From: an archaeon
GTDB taxonomy: Archaea > Iainarchaeota > Iainarchaeia > Iainarchaeales > JANQMZ01
Direction: 5' to 3'
Assembly: GCA_028279805.1 (NCBI GenBank)
Contig: JANQMZ010000007.1
Location: 214,399 to 278,398, forward strand
DNA length: 64,000 nucleotides
Under the pieces are notes generated by a model. That model saw nothing but the letters and a program-made list of their open reading frames with translations. It did no database searches and was not told the origin of the DNA. Positions 48,001 through 58,844 of this stretch are shown here, in pieces. The translations under genes were made by a program, and so were the position numbers. Positions within the stretch are counted from its first letter, which is position 1. Each line of letters starts with the position of its first letter.

Positions 48001-49371
48001 TTAGTTCTCATCGCAAATTTTTCGTGCAAAAGGCAATGCAAACAAAACATTTTCAGAATTAAAATATTCCTGTTTTTCTTTAACCAGGTCTCCTGCAAAA
48101 CCGGTTAAAAAAATTCCGGCAAGAGCAGAATCCATAGGAGAATTTGTTGCTGAAAAAGCTCCAATGGTTCCTGCAACCAGGTCGCCTGTGCCTCCGGCAG
48201 TCATTTTTTCATTGCCTGAATGATTGTAAAAAACTTTTGAACCGTTTGAAATAATATCAGCCGGGGCTTTTAGCACAATAGTGCATTTGTATTTTTTTGC
48301 CATTGTTTTAACATTTTTTGCATTTGGTTTTAATTTGAATGTTTTTTCAAATTCTGTTCTGTGAGGAGTTAAAACAATATTTTTGTGCAACAATTTTTTA
48401 TCAAGCAAATGCAATGCTCCTGCATCCAAAACAAATTTTTTGTTTTTAAATTTTTTTAACAAAAAATTTACAAGTGCCTTATTTTTGGAATTAACTTCCA
48501 GGCCGGGCCCGATTACAATTGAATCTGCGCGTTCAGCAAACATTTGAGCATTTTTTTTATTCAACTCTGAAGCAATAAAATTTGGAGATGTTTTTTTCGC
48601 CACATTCAGGTTTTCTTTAACGCTTAAAACAAAAACCAAATCAGAAAAATATGTAGCAGCTTTTGCTGCAAAAATCAATGCTCCGTGAAATTTTTTAGAA
48701 CCCCCAATTACGAGAGTTTTGCCATTATCTCCCTTTTTAGAGCCTTTTTTGGGTTTTTTTAGCAGTTTTACGTTTCCAGGGCCTGTATATGAATGGAATT
48801 CTTTTGGTGCTCCAAATTCAAGCAAAATTCCTTTTGAATGCTTTTTTGTTATAAGGCAGTAAACTTTGTCGGCTTCAAGGGAATGTGTCGGAATATCCAA
48901 TGCAACCTTTTTTGCTTTTGATTTGTTAATCAGGTTTACAGCTGACTGCACAGGCTCTTTTAAGTTTCCCTTAATGCCGGAACCGATAATTGCATCAACA
49001 ATTATTTCAGAATCAATTTTTTTTGGTAATTGTTTTGGGCTTTCAACAAAATTTATTTTTGTATTGGTATTTTTTAAAATTATAAAATTTCTAAAAGCTT
49101 CATCTGTTGAAATTTGTTCCTGTGTTCCAAGTAATGTTACCTGAACGGAATTTTTTGGAGCAAGATAACGGGCCATTACAAAACCGTCGCCTCCGTTGTT
49201 GCCAAGGCCGCAAAAAATGTGCACTTTTTTTCCAGAACCAAAATCTTTCTGCAATTGTTCTGCAAAAGTTCTTCCCACGGATTCCATCATCTGGGTAACA
49301 GTTAAACCGTAATACTGAAAATTTGAGTCAACTGCTTGTGCTTTTCTAACGGATTCGGGTAAAACAGGCAT
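48001..49371 (-). CDS. nnr: bifunctional NAD(P)H-hydrate repair enzyme Nnr (epimerase + ADP-dependent dehydratase)
   Basis: YjeF_N GLGNNGGDG; YjeF_C GGTGDLVAG. Confidence 0.8.
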   Translation of the reverse strand: MPVLPESVRKAQAVDSNFQYYGLTVTQMMESVGRTFAEQLQKDFGSGKKVHIFCGLGNNGGDGFVMARYLAPKNSVQVTLLGTQEQISTDEAFRNFIILKNTNTKINFVESPKQLPKKIDSEIIVDAIIGSGIKGNLKEPVQSAVNLINKSKAKKVALDIPTHSLEADKVYCLITKKHSKGILLEFGAPKEFHSYTGPGNVKLLKKPKKGSKKGDNGKTLVIGGSKKFHGALIFAAKAATYFSDLVFVLSVKENLNVAKKTSPNFIASELNKKNAQMFAERADSIVIGPGLEVNSKNKALVNFLLKKFKNKKFVLDAGALHLLDKKLLHKNIVLTPHRTEFEKTFKLKPNAKNVKTMAKKYKCTIVLKAPADIISNGSKVFYNHSGNEKMTAGGTGDLVAGTIGAFSATNSPMDSALAGIFLTGFAGDLVKEKQEYFNSENVLFALPFARKICDEN

Positions 49372-49397
49372 AAGGCAGATTATGGTGGTAAATTGTT

Positions 49398-49808
49398 TTA
49401 AATTTTAACATTTTCAATTTTTGTTTCTTTTGGATTTTTTTGGTGTCTGGCTAATCCTGTTTGTAAAACAATTATTCCAAGCAAAGCACATTTTGAACGG
49501 GCTTTAGCTGTTTCACCAATAATGTCATAAATGTCCTGTGCTTTTAAATTTAAAATTTCTTCAATTGTTTTTCCTTTAACAATTTCAGTTAAAAGTGACG
49601 CTGAAGCCAAACTTAAAGAACAGCCGTGGCCTTCAAACTTAATATCTTCAACTTTGTTGTTTTTTAATTTTAAAGTATAAGTAACACTGTCACCGCATGA
49701 CCTGTTTCCACCGCCAAATTCCAGGTCAGCCGGATCAATTTTTCCTTTGTTTAAAGGATTTTTATAAGCTTTCAAAATTGTTTCATTGTAAAGTTCTTTT
49801 GCTTCCAT
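49398..49808 (-). CDS. sufU: SufU/IscU-type Fe-S cluster scaffold/sulfur acceptor
   Basis: 136 aa; NRSCGDS...GHGCSLSLASA motifs. Confidence 0.75.
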   Translation of the reverse strand: MEAKELYNETILKAYKNPLNKGKIDPADLEFGGGNRSCGDSVTYTLKLKNNKVEDIKFEGHGCSLSLASASLLTEIVKGKTIEEILNLKAQDIYDIIGETAKARSKCALLGIIVLQTGLARHQKNPKETKIENVKI

Positions 49809-51092
49809 TCAAACACCAAAAATTTTAACAGCATCGTTCAAAGCATCAATCAGAACATCAATTTCTTTTTCAGTATTGTAAATGTAAAAACTTGCCCTCA
49901 CAGTATGTTCAACACCCAAAGCATGCAACAAAGGATGAGTACAATGAGCTCCTGCTCTGACCGCAATTCCATGAGTGTCCAAAACAGAAGCAACGTCATG
50001 AGGGTGAATGTCAGCAATATTAAATGATATAACACCTGCCCTTTTATCGGTTTTAGGGCCGTATAATTGAATTCCTTTAACATCTTTTAATGCGTTTAAA
50101 GCATATTCAACCAGTTTATGTTCATGTTTTAGAATTTTATCCATTCCAATTTTGTTCAGATAATCAACTGCTGCACCTATTCCGATTCCTCCTGCAACAT
50201 GAGGCGTTCCGGCTTCAAATTTCCATGGCAACATGTTCCATTCGGTTTTTTCAACTGAAACCGAGCTAATCATTTCACCGCCAAACAAAAAAGGATTCAT
50301 TTCTTCAAAAGCTTCTTTTTTTCCGAATAATCCGCCTGTTCCCGTTGGTGCCAGCATTTTATGACCGGAAAAAGCAAAAAAATCACAATTCAAATCTTTA
50401 ACATCAATTTCCATATGAGGAATGCTTTGAGCCCCATCAACAATAGCCAGAGCATTTTTGTCATGAGCTTTTTCAATTAATTCTTTAACCGGATTAATTG
50501 TTCCCAAAGTGTTTGAAACATGAATAACTGAAACAATTTTTGTTTTATTGGTAAGCAAAGAATCAAAACTTTGCATGTCCAGTTCTCCGTCTTTGGTTAT
50601 GTCAACATATTTTACCTTAAATCCTAATTTTTTTCCCAAATATTGCCATGGAACAAAATTTGCATGGTGTTCCATTTTTGTAATTAACACTTCATCATCT
50701 TTTTTCAAATCCAATCCAAGAGAATAAGCCAAAATATTTAATGATTCTGTTGTGTTTTTTGTAAAAACAATTTCATCCCATTCACTGTTAATAAAGTTTC
50801 CAACTTTTTCATGAGCTTTTTCATAAGCTTCGGAAGCCTCCTCACTTAAAGCATGCAATCCACGATGAACATTTGCATTATAATTTGAATAAAAATCATT
50901 TACTGAATCAATAACCTGTTTTGGTTTTTGTGTTGTGGCAGCATTGTCAAAATAAACCAATGGCTTATCATGCACTTTTCTTTCAAGAATTGGAAAATCT
51001 TTTCTAATGCTTTCAATGTTCATATTTTCACAAAAAACAAGGTTATTTGACGTTAAAATCTTTTTCCCATTTTTTTTGAATCCTTTTAACAA
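49809..51092 (-). CDS. sufS: cysteine desulfurase SufS (start likely Met 51023)
   Basis: PLP-Lys SGHKMLAPTG; active-site RAGAHCTHPL. Confidence 0.88.
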   Translation of the reverse strand: MLKGFKKNGKKILTSNNLVFCENMNIESIRKDFPILERKVHDKPLVYFDNAATTQKPKQVIDSVNDFYSNYNANVHRGLHALSEEASEAYEKAHEKVGNFINSEWDEIVFTKNTTESLNILAYSLGLDLKKDDEVLITKMEHHANFVPWQYLGKKLGFKVKYVDITKDGELDMQSFDSLLTNKTKIVSVIHVSNTLGTINPVKELIEKAHDKNALAIVDGAQSIPHMEIDVKDLNCDFFAFSGHKMLAPTGTGGLFGKKEAFEEMNPFLFGGEMISSVSVEKTEWNMLPWKFEAGTPHVAGGIGIGAAVDYLNKIGMDKILKHEHKLVEYALNALKDVKGIQLYGPKTDKRAGVISFNIADIHPHDVASVLDTHGIAVRAGAHCTHPLLHALGVEHTVRASFYIYNTEKEIDVLIDALNDAVKIFGV

Positions 51093-52233
51093 TCATTTCA
51101 CTGGCTTCTGAGTCCAATTCTGTTAAAAGTTCCTTAAAAAATGAAAACATAAGCATTTTTCTGGCGCCCCGTTCATCAAATCCTCTTGACCGCAAATAAA
51201 ACATTTTATCTTCATCAACCTGAGCAACAGTTGCTGCATGAGTTGCCTTAACATCATCTGCTTCAATTTCAAGGCCGGGAATGGCTACAAGCTTTGATTC
51301 AGGGCTTAAAAGCATTCCATGAGCTTCTAACAAGCCGTCAGTTCTTTGGGCTTTTGGCAAAACTTTTATCATTCCGTCAAAACTTGTTCTTGCTTTATCA
51401 GCCAAAACTCCTTTTAAAACAGTAAAACTTTTGGCATCAGGAACTGAATGCAATGAAAGCAAGTCAAAGTTTAATTTTTGTTCTTTTGCAAACAAAACCA
51501 AATCATATTGCTTATAATTAGAACCTTGTTTTACTAAATTGTTTATCTGAGAAAAATTCATTAATTCAACGTCAGCAAAAACATTAAACAATAATAATTC
51601 TGAATCTTTTTCAATTAAAGAATTGTTAAAAACAAAACCATTGTTTAATTTGTCATAAATTGTTGCTAAGCTTATTTTTGATTCATTTTTAATATTTGTT
51701 GTTGTGCTTAAAGCAAAATCTTTTTCTGAAGAAATATTCTGAATAATTGTTAAACCCTGAATTTGCGGTTCAGCAAAATATAAATTTTTTGCAATACAAC
51801 CATTTTCAAAAACTAAATTTAAATGTAAAAAAGAATCTGGTTTTGCAGATTTTATGTAAACAAAATAACCTGAATTAAAAAAAGCATTTGGAAAAGCCTG
51901 AAACTGGTTTTTTGGTTTTTGTTCATTGTTTAATAAAGACAAAATTTTGTCTTTGTGTTTTTCAAACGCTTTTTCAAATGGCAAAATTTCAAATTCAACA
52001 TTTTTTTGTTCAATTATTTCAATTTTTGGTTTTTGTTTTGAATTGGCTTGAAGAATTGTTTGAATTTTTGTTTCATAATCCGGAACGTCAAAAGAAACAC
52101 TTTTTTTTAACGGTTTTTTTTCAAACAATTCCAGATTTGTTTTTTTATAATTTTTAATTTGATTTTCAAGTTCGGAAAAAGTTAAAGTCATTTTATCACC
52201 TTTAACCAATGCTGCCTTCCATTTCCAGTTCAA
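51043..52233 (-). CDS. sufD: Fe-S cluster assembly protein SufD (start likely Met 52191)
   Basis: C-terminal [22 protein letters not shown] (SufB/D family). Confidence 0.8.
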   Translation of the reverse strand: MNWKWKAALVKGDKMTLTFSELENQIKNYKKTNLELFEKKPLKKSVSFDVPDYETKIQTILQANSKQKPKIEIIEQKNVEFEILPFEKAFEKHKDKILSLLNNEQKPKNQFQAFPNAFFNSGYFVYIKSAKPDSFLHLNLVFENGCIAKNLYFAEPQIQGLTIIQNISSEKDFALSTTTNIKNESKISLATIYDKLNNGFVFNNSLIEKDSELLLFNVFADVELMNFSQINNLVKQGSNYKQYDLVLFAKEQKLNFDLLSLHSVPDAKSFTVLKGVLADKARTSFDGMIKVLPKAQRTDGLLEAHGMLLSPESKLVAIPGLEIEADDVKATHAATVAQVDEDKMFYLRSRGFDERGARKMLMFSFFKELLTELDSEASEMIVKRIQKKWEKDFNVK

Positions 52234-53620
52234 TTAACCTGTTTAATTCGGCTGCATATTCCATCGGCAAAGATTTAACGAATGGCTGAATAAAACCTAA
52301 AACAATTAATGTTAAGGCCTGTGATTCTGTCAAGCCTCGTGACATTAAATAGAATAATTGGTCTTCACCGATTTTTCCAACTGTTGCTTCATGAGTCAAA
52401 GAAGCGGTCGGATTGTCAACCTTAATTGTTGGATAAGTGTCACTGCGGGATTTGTCATCAATCAGTAAAGCGTCGCAAACCACGTTTGCTTTGCAGTTTT
52501 TGGCATTTTTGGCAATCTGCAAAATTCCCCTGTAAGAAGACCTGCCTCCTTCTTTGCTTATGCTTTTGCTTGTAATGTTGCTTGTTGTATTTGGAGCTAA
52601 GTGAACTGCTTTTGCTCCTGCATCCTGTGATTGTCCTTTTCCTGCCAGTGCAATGCTTAAAATTTCAGCTTTGGCTCCCTGTCCAAGCATGTAAACAGCC
52701 GGATATTTCATTGTAACCTTGCTTCCTAAATTTCCGTCAACCCATTCAACTGTTGCATTTTCATAAGCAAACGCCCTTTTTGTAACCAGATTATAAACAT
52801 TTGAAGACCAGTTCTGAATTGTTGTATAACGAACTTTGGAGTTTGGCAAAGCAACAACTTCAACAACAGCTGAATGCAATGAATCAGCAGTATAAACCGG
52901 TGCAGTACAACCTTCAATGTAATGAATTTTGCTTCCTGGTTCCGCGACAATTAAAGTTCTTTCAAACTGGCCGATTCGTTCAGCATTAATTCTGAAATAA
53001 GCTTGTAATGGAATGTCTGATTGAACATTTTTCGGAACATAAACAAAGCTGCCGCCAGACCAGACAGCAGTATTCAACGCTGCAAACTTGTTGTCATTGT
53101 GTGGAATGATTTTTGTAAAATATTTTTTTACAATTTCAGGAAATTGTTTTAAGCCTTCATCCATGCTTAAAAAAATTATGCCTTTTTCTTCCAATTCTTT
53201 TCTTAAATTGTGGTATACGACCTCAGAATCAAATTGTGCTCCGACTCCTGCTAAAAATTCTCTTTCAGCTTCCGGAATTCCAAGCCTTTCAAACGTGTTT
53301 TTAATTTCTTCAGGAACATCGTCCCATGATTTTGAATCAGTTGCTTTTGGTTTCATGTAATAAATAATGTCATCAAAATTAATTTTGCTTAAATCGGCAC
53401 CCCATTTTGGCATTGCCATTTTTTTAAATGCTTTAAAAGCCTTTAATCTTAAATCAAGCATCCATTTTGGTTCATTTTTAATTTTGGAAATGGCTGCAAC
53501 TGTTTTTTCACTTAAGCCTTTTTCTAAAATTAAATCATAAGCAGCATCAACAGAAAAATCGTATTTGCTATAATCTGTTATAGCAGCTGCTTTTTCCTGT
53601 TTTGTAAGGGTTTTAGGCAT
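52202..53620 (-). CDS. sufB: Fe-S cluster assembly protein SufB
   Basis: 472 aa; C-terminal [26 protein letters not shown]. Confidence 0.9.
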   Translation of the reverse strand: MPKTLTKQEKAAAITDYSKYDFSVDAAYDLILEKGLSEKTVAAISKIKNEPKWMLDLRLKAFKAFKKMAMPKWGADLSKINFDDIIYYMKPKATDSKSWDDVPEEIKNTFERLGIPEAEREFLAGVGAQFDSEVVYHNLRKELEEKGIIFLSMDEGLKQFPEIVKKYFTKIIPHNDNKFAALNTAVWSGGSFVYVPKNVQSDIPLQAYFRINAERIGQFERTLIVAEPGSKIHYIEGCTAPVYTADSLHSAVVEVVALPNSKVRYTTIQNWSSNVYNLVTKRAFAYENATVEWVDGNLGSKVTMKYPAVYMLGQGAKAEILSIALAGKGQSQDAGAKAVHLAPNTTSNITSKSISKEGGRSSYRGILQIAKNAKNCKANVVCDALLIDDKSRSDTYPTIKVDNPTASLTHEATVGKIGEDQLFYLMSRGLTESQALTLIVLGFIQPFVKSLPMEYAAELNRLIELEMEGSIG

Positions 53621-54403
53621 TTACAATAACTCCTCGTTTTTGATTTCAATGCCTTGTTCTGCTAAAAATTTAACATAGCCTTTTTCGTCTAATTCATCTG
53701 CAAGTTTTTTGTCGCCTGAAGCAACAATTTTTCCGTCAACCAAAACATGAACAAAATCAGGTTTTAAATGATTTAAAATTCGCACATAATGAGTTATAAC
53801 CAAAGCCCCAAATTCTCCACCTCTAACAGAGTTAACTGCGTCGGAAACAAATTTTAAAGAATCAATGTCCAGGCCTGAATCGGTTTCATCGAGGATAGCC
53901 ATTTTGGATTTTAATGTCAGCATTTGTAAAATTTCAGCACGTTTTTTTTCTCCTCCTGAAAAACCAACATTTAAATCACGCTGAGGCAAATCTTCTTTCA
54001 AACCCAGTTCTTTTGATTTTTCTTTTATTAATTTTTTAAATTCCATTAAAGTTTGCTCAGTTTTAGGATGCAATGATTTGTTTGCTTCCTGTAAAAAAGT
54101 GTTAAAAGGCAAACCCTCAACTTCCATTGGATACTGAAAAGACAAAAACAATCCAAGTTTTGCTCTTTCATCAGGCTCCAAATCCAGAATGCTTTTATCA
54201 TTGAATAAAATTTCTCCTTTTGTAACTTCATAACGAGGATGACCCATTATTACATTAGCCAAAGTGCTTTTGCCCGAACCATTGGGGCCCATGATTGCAT
54301 GAACCTCCGGAGAACTAATTGTTAAATTAATTCCTTTCAGAATTTTTTTTCCCTCAATTTCAACGTGCAAGTTTTTAATTTCAAGTTTTGTCAAAAAAAT
54401 CAC
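53621..54403 (-). CDS. sufC: Fe-S cluster assembly ATPase SufC
   Basis: Walker A GPNGSGKSTL; ABC signature FSGGEKKRAEI. Confidence 0.9.
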   Translation of the reverse strand: MIFLTKLEIKNLHVEIEGKKILKGINLTISSPEVHAIMGPNGSGKSTLANVIMGHPRYEVTKGEILFNDKSILDLEPDERAKLGLFLSFQYPMEVEGLPFNTFLQEANKSLHPKTEQTLMEFKKLIKEKSKELGLKEDLPQRDLNVGFSGGEKKRAEILQMLTLKSKMAILDETDSGLDIDSLKFVSDAVNSVRGGEFGALVITHYVRILNHLKPDFVHVLVDGKIVASGDKKLADELDEKGYVKFLAEQGIEIKNEELL

Positions 54404-54730
54404 CTAACATTTGTTGCAATGGCCACCGCAAGAATGCGAAAAATGATAATCGGCCATCTGAAAAACGTTTTTGTTTTTCTCATTTAATTCTTCCCTGACA
54501 GAATCCTTCAAAGAATAAATTCTTTGCTTTCCAAGCTTTTTAACTTCTACATAATTACATGTTTTTAAATTTTGCAAAGAATGGGAAACATGGGATTGTT
54601 CTGCATTTAAATCATTGCATAATTCCTGAACGGATTTTGGTGAATCCATTAAATCCTGAATTATCTGGACGCGCAATTCGTTTGAAAGAGTGTCAAAACA
54701 TTTGTGATATGGGACTGTTTTCAGACTCAT
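54404..54730 (-). CDS. ArsR/SmtB-family HTH regulator with C-terminal Cys/His cluster (candidate suf regulator)
   Basis: 108 aa; wHTH SVQELCNDLNAEQSHVSHSLQNLK; C-terminal HSCGGHCNKC. Confidence 0.6.
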   Translation of the reverse strand: MSLKTVPYHKCFDTLSNELRVQIIQDLMDSPKSVQELCNDLNAEQSHVSHSLQNLKTCNYVEVKKLGKQRIYSLKDSVREELNEKNKNVFQMADYHFSHSCGGHCNKC

Positions 54731-54749
54731 ATGATAAATTGTTCATATG
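54728..54749. promoter_or_regulatory. palindrome CATATGA-N8-TCATATG overlapping the regulator start codon, adjacent TATA (tttaaata on minus)
   Basis: Seen directly; candidate autoregulatory operator. Confidence 0.3.
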
Positions 54750-54777
54750 AACCTATTTAAAGATATTGGGTCAAAAA

Positions 54778-55425
54778 TCATGAAAATTTAAGCTTTTTCA
54801 TTGTTTTATGCATGTTTTTTGACTTGAAAATGGTTGAGCCTGAAACCAATATATTGGCTCCTGCTTGAATGCATTTCGGAGCTGTTGTTTCATCAATGCC
54901 TCCGTCAACCTGAATTAAAAATTTTAATTTTTTCTTTTTGCGTTGTTCTGCCAAAAATTTGATTTTTTTTAATGTGCTTGGCAAAAATTTTTGGCCGCCA
55001 AAACCGGCATTTACTCCCATTACCAGAACATAATCACAGTATTTTAAATAGGGTAAAACTTTTTTTTCTGAAATTTTTGCATTTATAACCAAGCCCGGTT
55101 TTGCCTCCATTCTTTTTAGTTTTTGAAGCAGTTTTTTGGGGTTTTTTGAGGTTTCCACGTGAAATGAAACCATGTCGGCTCCTGCTTTAACAAATTCCGG
55201 TGCAAATTTGTCAGGATTTGAAATCATTAAATGAACATCAAACGTTTTTCTGGTTATTTTTCTGCATTTTTTTATTACGGGCAAACCAATTGTAATGTTT
55301 GGCACATAATGGCCGTCCATTACATCCCAATGCAATAAGTCTGCTCCTGCTTTTAGAACGCGTTTTGTTTCTTTTTCAAGGTTTGCAAAATCGCTTGAAA
55401 GCATTGAAGGAGCAATTTTAGTCAT
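54778..55425 (-). CDS. rpe: ribulose-phosphate 3-epimerase
   Basis: MTKIAPSMLSSDFANL...HWDVMDGHYVPNITIG...HLMISNP; track start 55494 trimmed to Met 55425. Confidence 0.85.
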   Translation of the reverse strand: MTKIAPSMLSSDFANLEKETKRVLKAGADLLHWDVMDGHYVPNITIGLPVIKKCRKITRKTFDVHLMISNPDKFAPEFVKAGADMVSFHVETSKNPKKLLQKLKRMEAKPGLVINAKISEKKVLPYLKYCDYVLVMGVNAGFGGQKFLPSTLKKIKFLAEQRKKKKLKFLIQVDGGIDETTAPKCIQAGANILVSGSTIFKSKNMHKTMKKLKFS

Positions 55426-55573
55426 TTGAATCAAAAGGAAAAGGAATAAAAAGAATAAAAAGTATTCTACATTGTCTGGTGAAAAAGGATACAAAGACTT
55501 TTAAAGTCTTTTAAACCCAGTATTTAAAATTAAAAAAATGCTTTTTTTATAGAAGAAAACAGGGAAGATTTTA

Positions 55574-57529
55574 GTGGCTTTTGAATTCATTTTACCTTCG
55601 GCAATACTCGCATTAATTTCAGCCGGAGTTCTGGCTTTTATTGTTGTTGGAAAAGACCATGGCAATGAAAAAATTCAGGAATTGTCAACAGCAATCAGGG
55701 AAGGAGCATTTGCTTATTTGAAAAAACAGTATTCAATGCTCGCCGTTTTTGTTGTTTTGGTTGCAATAGTTTTATGGCAGGTTTTGGGCAATGAAGCTTT
55801 GGCTGTAAATTTTGTTTTGGGAGCAATCGCTTCCACTCTTGCAGGTTTTGTGGGAATGAATATTGCCACACTGGCTAATGCTAGGACTACTCAGGCTGCA
55901 ACAGTAAAACTTGAAGAAGCTTTAAGGGTTGCATTTTTTTCAGGAGCAGTACTGGGATTGTTTGCTGTTGGAATAGGATTACTGGGAATAAATTTATTGT
56001 ATGATTTTTTTGGTTCAACTGAATTAATTTTTGGTTTTGCTTTCGGAGCAAGTTCAGTTGCATTGTTTGCAAGAGTCGGCGGAGGAATTTACACAAAAGC
56101 AGCGGATGTTGGGGCAGACTTGGTTGGAAAAGTTGAAGCTGGAATTCCGGAAGATGATCCAAGGAACCCAGCGGTTATTGCTGACGCTGTAGGGGATAAT
56201 GTTGGTGATGTTGCCGGAATGGGAGCAGACTTGTTTGAAAGTTATGTCGGGAGTATTATTGCTGCAATGGCTTTAGGAGTTTTAGCTTTTGGTTCAGAGG
56301 GATTGTTTTTGCCGATGATTATTGCAAGCATCGGAATTGTCTCATCAGTTTTAGGAATTTTATATTTTAATTTTTTCAGAGGAAAAAACATTGGTTCTTC
56401 TTTAAGAAACGGAACAATTGTTGCAGCTGCATTAGTTGCATTTTCAACTTATTATTTTATAACAGAGTTTACCGGAATTGACATTGGAGTATTTTATTCA
56501 ATTATTTCAGGTTTGATTGCGGGTTTATTGATTGGTTTTATTACTGAGTATTATACTTCACATGATTTTAATCCGACAAGGTTTTTGTCAAAAAGTTCTG
56601 AAACTGGTTCGGCTACAAACATTATTGCAGGATTAAGCTTGGGAAGCAAATCAACTGCTTTGCCAATACTTGTAATTGGTTTGGCTACTTGGACTGCTTT
56701 TCATTTCGGAGGAGTTTATGGAATTGCTTTGGCAGGAGTTGGAATGCTGTCAACTCTGGGAATAACATTGGCTGTTGATGCTTATGGTCCGGTTGCGGAT
56801 AATGCAGGCGGATTATCTGAAATGGCAGGATTGGGTAAAAAGATTAGAAGCAGGACAGATGCTTTGGATGCAGCCGGTAATACTACTGCTGCTATTGGCA
56901 AAGGTTTTGCAATTGGTTCAGCTGCGTTAACTGCTTTGGCTTTATTTAATGCTTACGCTGCTACAACTGCAATTGAAGCAATTAATATTTTGAATCCGAC
57001 TGTGATAATTGGCTTGTTAATCGGTGCAATGCTGCCTTATTTGTTTGCAAATTTTGCAATGTCGGCGGTTGGACAGGCAGCAGAGGAAATGATTTTAGAA
57101 GTTCGAAGACAATTTAAACAAATTAAAGGCTTAATGAAAGGCAAAGCAAAGCCTGATTATAAAAGATGTGTTGAAATTTCAACCAATGCAGCATTAAAAA
57201 GAATGATTGCTCCGGGTTTGCTGGCAATATTTTCACCATTGGTGTTCGGTTTATTGTTAGGACCGGAAGCTGTTGGTGGCTTGCTGGCAGGAGCTCTTGC
57301 TTCAGGAGTAGTTCTTGCAATAATGATGGCTAATGCCGGCGGAGCATGGGATAATGCCAAGAAATATATTGAGTCAGGTAATTTCGGAGGCAAAGGTTCA
57401 GATGCTCATAAAGCAGCTGTTGTTGGAGATACAGTTGGGGACCCTTTTAAAGATACTGCAGGGCCAAGCTTAAACATTCTCATTAAACTGATGAGTATTG
57501 TTTCAGTTGTTTTTGCAGTGTTATTTTAA
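55574..57529 (+). CDS. hppA: membrane-bound proton/sodium-translocating pyrophosphatase
   Basis: 651 aa, approx 15 TM; signature [19 protein letters not shown] and [17 protein letters not shown]. Confidence 0.9.
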   Translation: MAFEFILPSAILALISAGVLAFIVVGKDHGNEKIQELSTAIREGAFAYLKKQYSMLAVFVVLVAIVLWQVLGNEALAVNFVLGAIASTLAGFVGMNIATLANARTTQAATVKLEEALRVAFFSGAVLGLFAVGIGLLGINLLYDFFGSTELIFGFAFGASSVALFARVGGGIYTKAADVGADLVGKVEAGIPEDDPRNPAVIADAVGDNVGDVAGMGADLFESYVGSIIAAMALGVLAFGSEGLFLPMIIASIGIVSSVLGILYFNFFRGKNIGSSLRNGTIVAAALVAFSTYYFITEFTGIDIGVFYSIISGLIAGLLIGFITEYYTSHDFNPTRFLSKSSETGSATNIIAGLSLGSKSTALPILVIGLATWTAFHFGGVYGIALAGVGMLSTLGITLAVDAYGPVADNAGGLSEMAGLGKKIRSRTDALDAAGNTTAAIGKGFAIGSAALTALALFNAYAATTAIEAINILNPTVIIGLLIGAMLPYLFANFAMSAVGQAAEEMILEVRRQFKQIKGLMKGKAKPDYKRCVEISTNAALKRMIAPGLLAIFSPLVFGLLLGPEAVGGLLAGALASGVVLAIMMANAGGAWDNAKKYIESGNFGGKGSDAHKAAVVGDTVGDPFKDTAGPSLNILIKLMSIVSVVFAVLF

Positions 57530-57580
57530 AAAAAATTACAAGAGGTGACAATTTTGGCAGAAGACAGATTTGGCAGAGAA

Positions 57581-57715
57581 ATGCATAAAACAACTTGTTC
57601 TGACTGTGGTCAGGAAACAGAAGTTCCATTCAAACCAGATGGAGAAAGACCGGTTTATTGCAAAGACTGTTATGAAAAACACAAAAAACCATTTAAGAGA
57701 AATGACAACTTTTAA
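57581..57715 (+). CDS. small zinc-ribbon protein (CxxC-x17-CxxC), 44 aa
   Basis: MHKTTCSDCGQETEVPFKPDGERPVYCKDCYEKHKKPFKRNDNF; not in ORF track (under 60 aa); alternative TTG start at 57554. Confidence 0.4.
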   Translation: MHKTTCSDCGQETEVPFKPDGERPVYCKDCYEKHKKPFKRNDNF

Positions 57716-57864
57716 TGCACATTAATCAGTTTATTATTTTCTTAAACTTAATTTTCTAATTCTTTTTTTTTATTTTTAAAATGAAGCGGAAGCAAGAACA
57801 TCTGTTTTTGACGAATTTTTTTGCAATTAATTAAATTTAATTAAAAGGTTTTCCGTTCCATTTT

Positions 57865-58842
57865 TTGCTAAAAACTGTTTTTTGGTGTGAGAGTTTGGGA
57901 AACATTTTGGTAACAGGTTCGTCAGGGCAAATCGGAACAGATTTAACCGAAGCTTTGGCTAAAAAATTCGGAAAAGAAAAAATAATCGGAGCAGATAGAA
58001 AAGAACCCAAAAACAGGAATGATTTGGGAAAGTTTGAGAAAACAGATGTTACCCGTAAAGAAAATCTTGAAAAACTTGTAAAAGAAAATAATGTTGAAAC
58101 AATTTATGATCTGGCTTCATTGTTATCAGCAACCGGTGAAAAAAAACCGGATTTGGCATGGTTTGTTAACATTAGTGCTTTGAAAAATTCTCTTGATTTG
58201 GCAAGAGAAAATTCAATAAAAGTTTTCTGGCCAAGTTCAATTGCTGTTTTTGGCCCTTCAACTCCGAAACAAAATACGCCTCAGCAGACAATTCTGGAAC
58301 CTAATACAATGTATGGCATTACAAAAGTTTCAGGCGAATTATTGTGCAATTATTATTTTAAAAAATATAATGTAGATGTTCGAAGCATAAGGTATCCTGG
58401 CTTGATTAGTTATAAAACTGAAGCAGGCGGGGGTACAACAGATTATGCTGTTGAAATTTTTTATGAAGCTTTAAAAAACAAAAAATATGAATGTTTTTTA
58501 AAAGAAGATTCAACGCTGCCAATGATGTATATGCCTGATGCAATCAACGGAACAATTAAGTTAATGGAAACAGATGAAAAAAATATTAAAACAAGATTGG
58601 GTTATAACATATCTTCACTGAGCTTTTCACCTGAAGAAATTGCAAATGAAATTAAAAAGCATATTCCTGAATTTGAATGCTCATATAAGCCGGATGAAAG
58701 GCAGAGAATAGCTGATTCCTGGCCGCAGTCAATTGATGATTCAAAAGCAAGAGAAGACTGGAACTGGAAACCGGAATATGATTTGGAGAAAATGACTGTT
58801 GACATGCTTGAAAAGCTTAAAATAAAATTGGGTGTAAAATAG
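57865..58842 (+). CDS. tdh: L-threonine 3-dehydrogenase (NAD-dependent epimerase/dehydratase-fold type)
   Basis: 325 aa; Rossmann VTGSSGQIGTDL; immediately upstream of kbl. Confidence 0.7.
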   Translation: MLKTVFWCESLGNILVTGSSGQIGTDLTEALAKKFGKEKIIGADRKEPKNRNDLGKFEKTDVTRKENLEKLVKENNVETIYDLASLLSATGEKKPDLAWFVNISALKNSLDLARENSIKVFWPSSIAVFGPSTPKQNTPQQTILEPNTMYGITKVSGELLCNYYFKKYNVDVRSIRYPGLISYKTEAGGGTTDYAVEIFYEALKNKKYECFLKEDSTLPMMYMPDAINGTIKLMETDEKNIKTRLGYNISSLSFSPEEIANEIKKHIPEFECSYKPDERQRIADSWPQSIDDSKAREDWNWKPEYDLEKMTVDMLEKLKIKLGVK

Positions 58843-58844
58843 TT

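Noticed and set aside
55491-55507. Perfect palindrome aagacttttaaagtctt between rpe and hppA considered as operator
   Set aside because: It is essentially a symmetric TATA box (cttttaaag) in a divergent promoter; there is no evidence for a specific regulator, so it is noted only.
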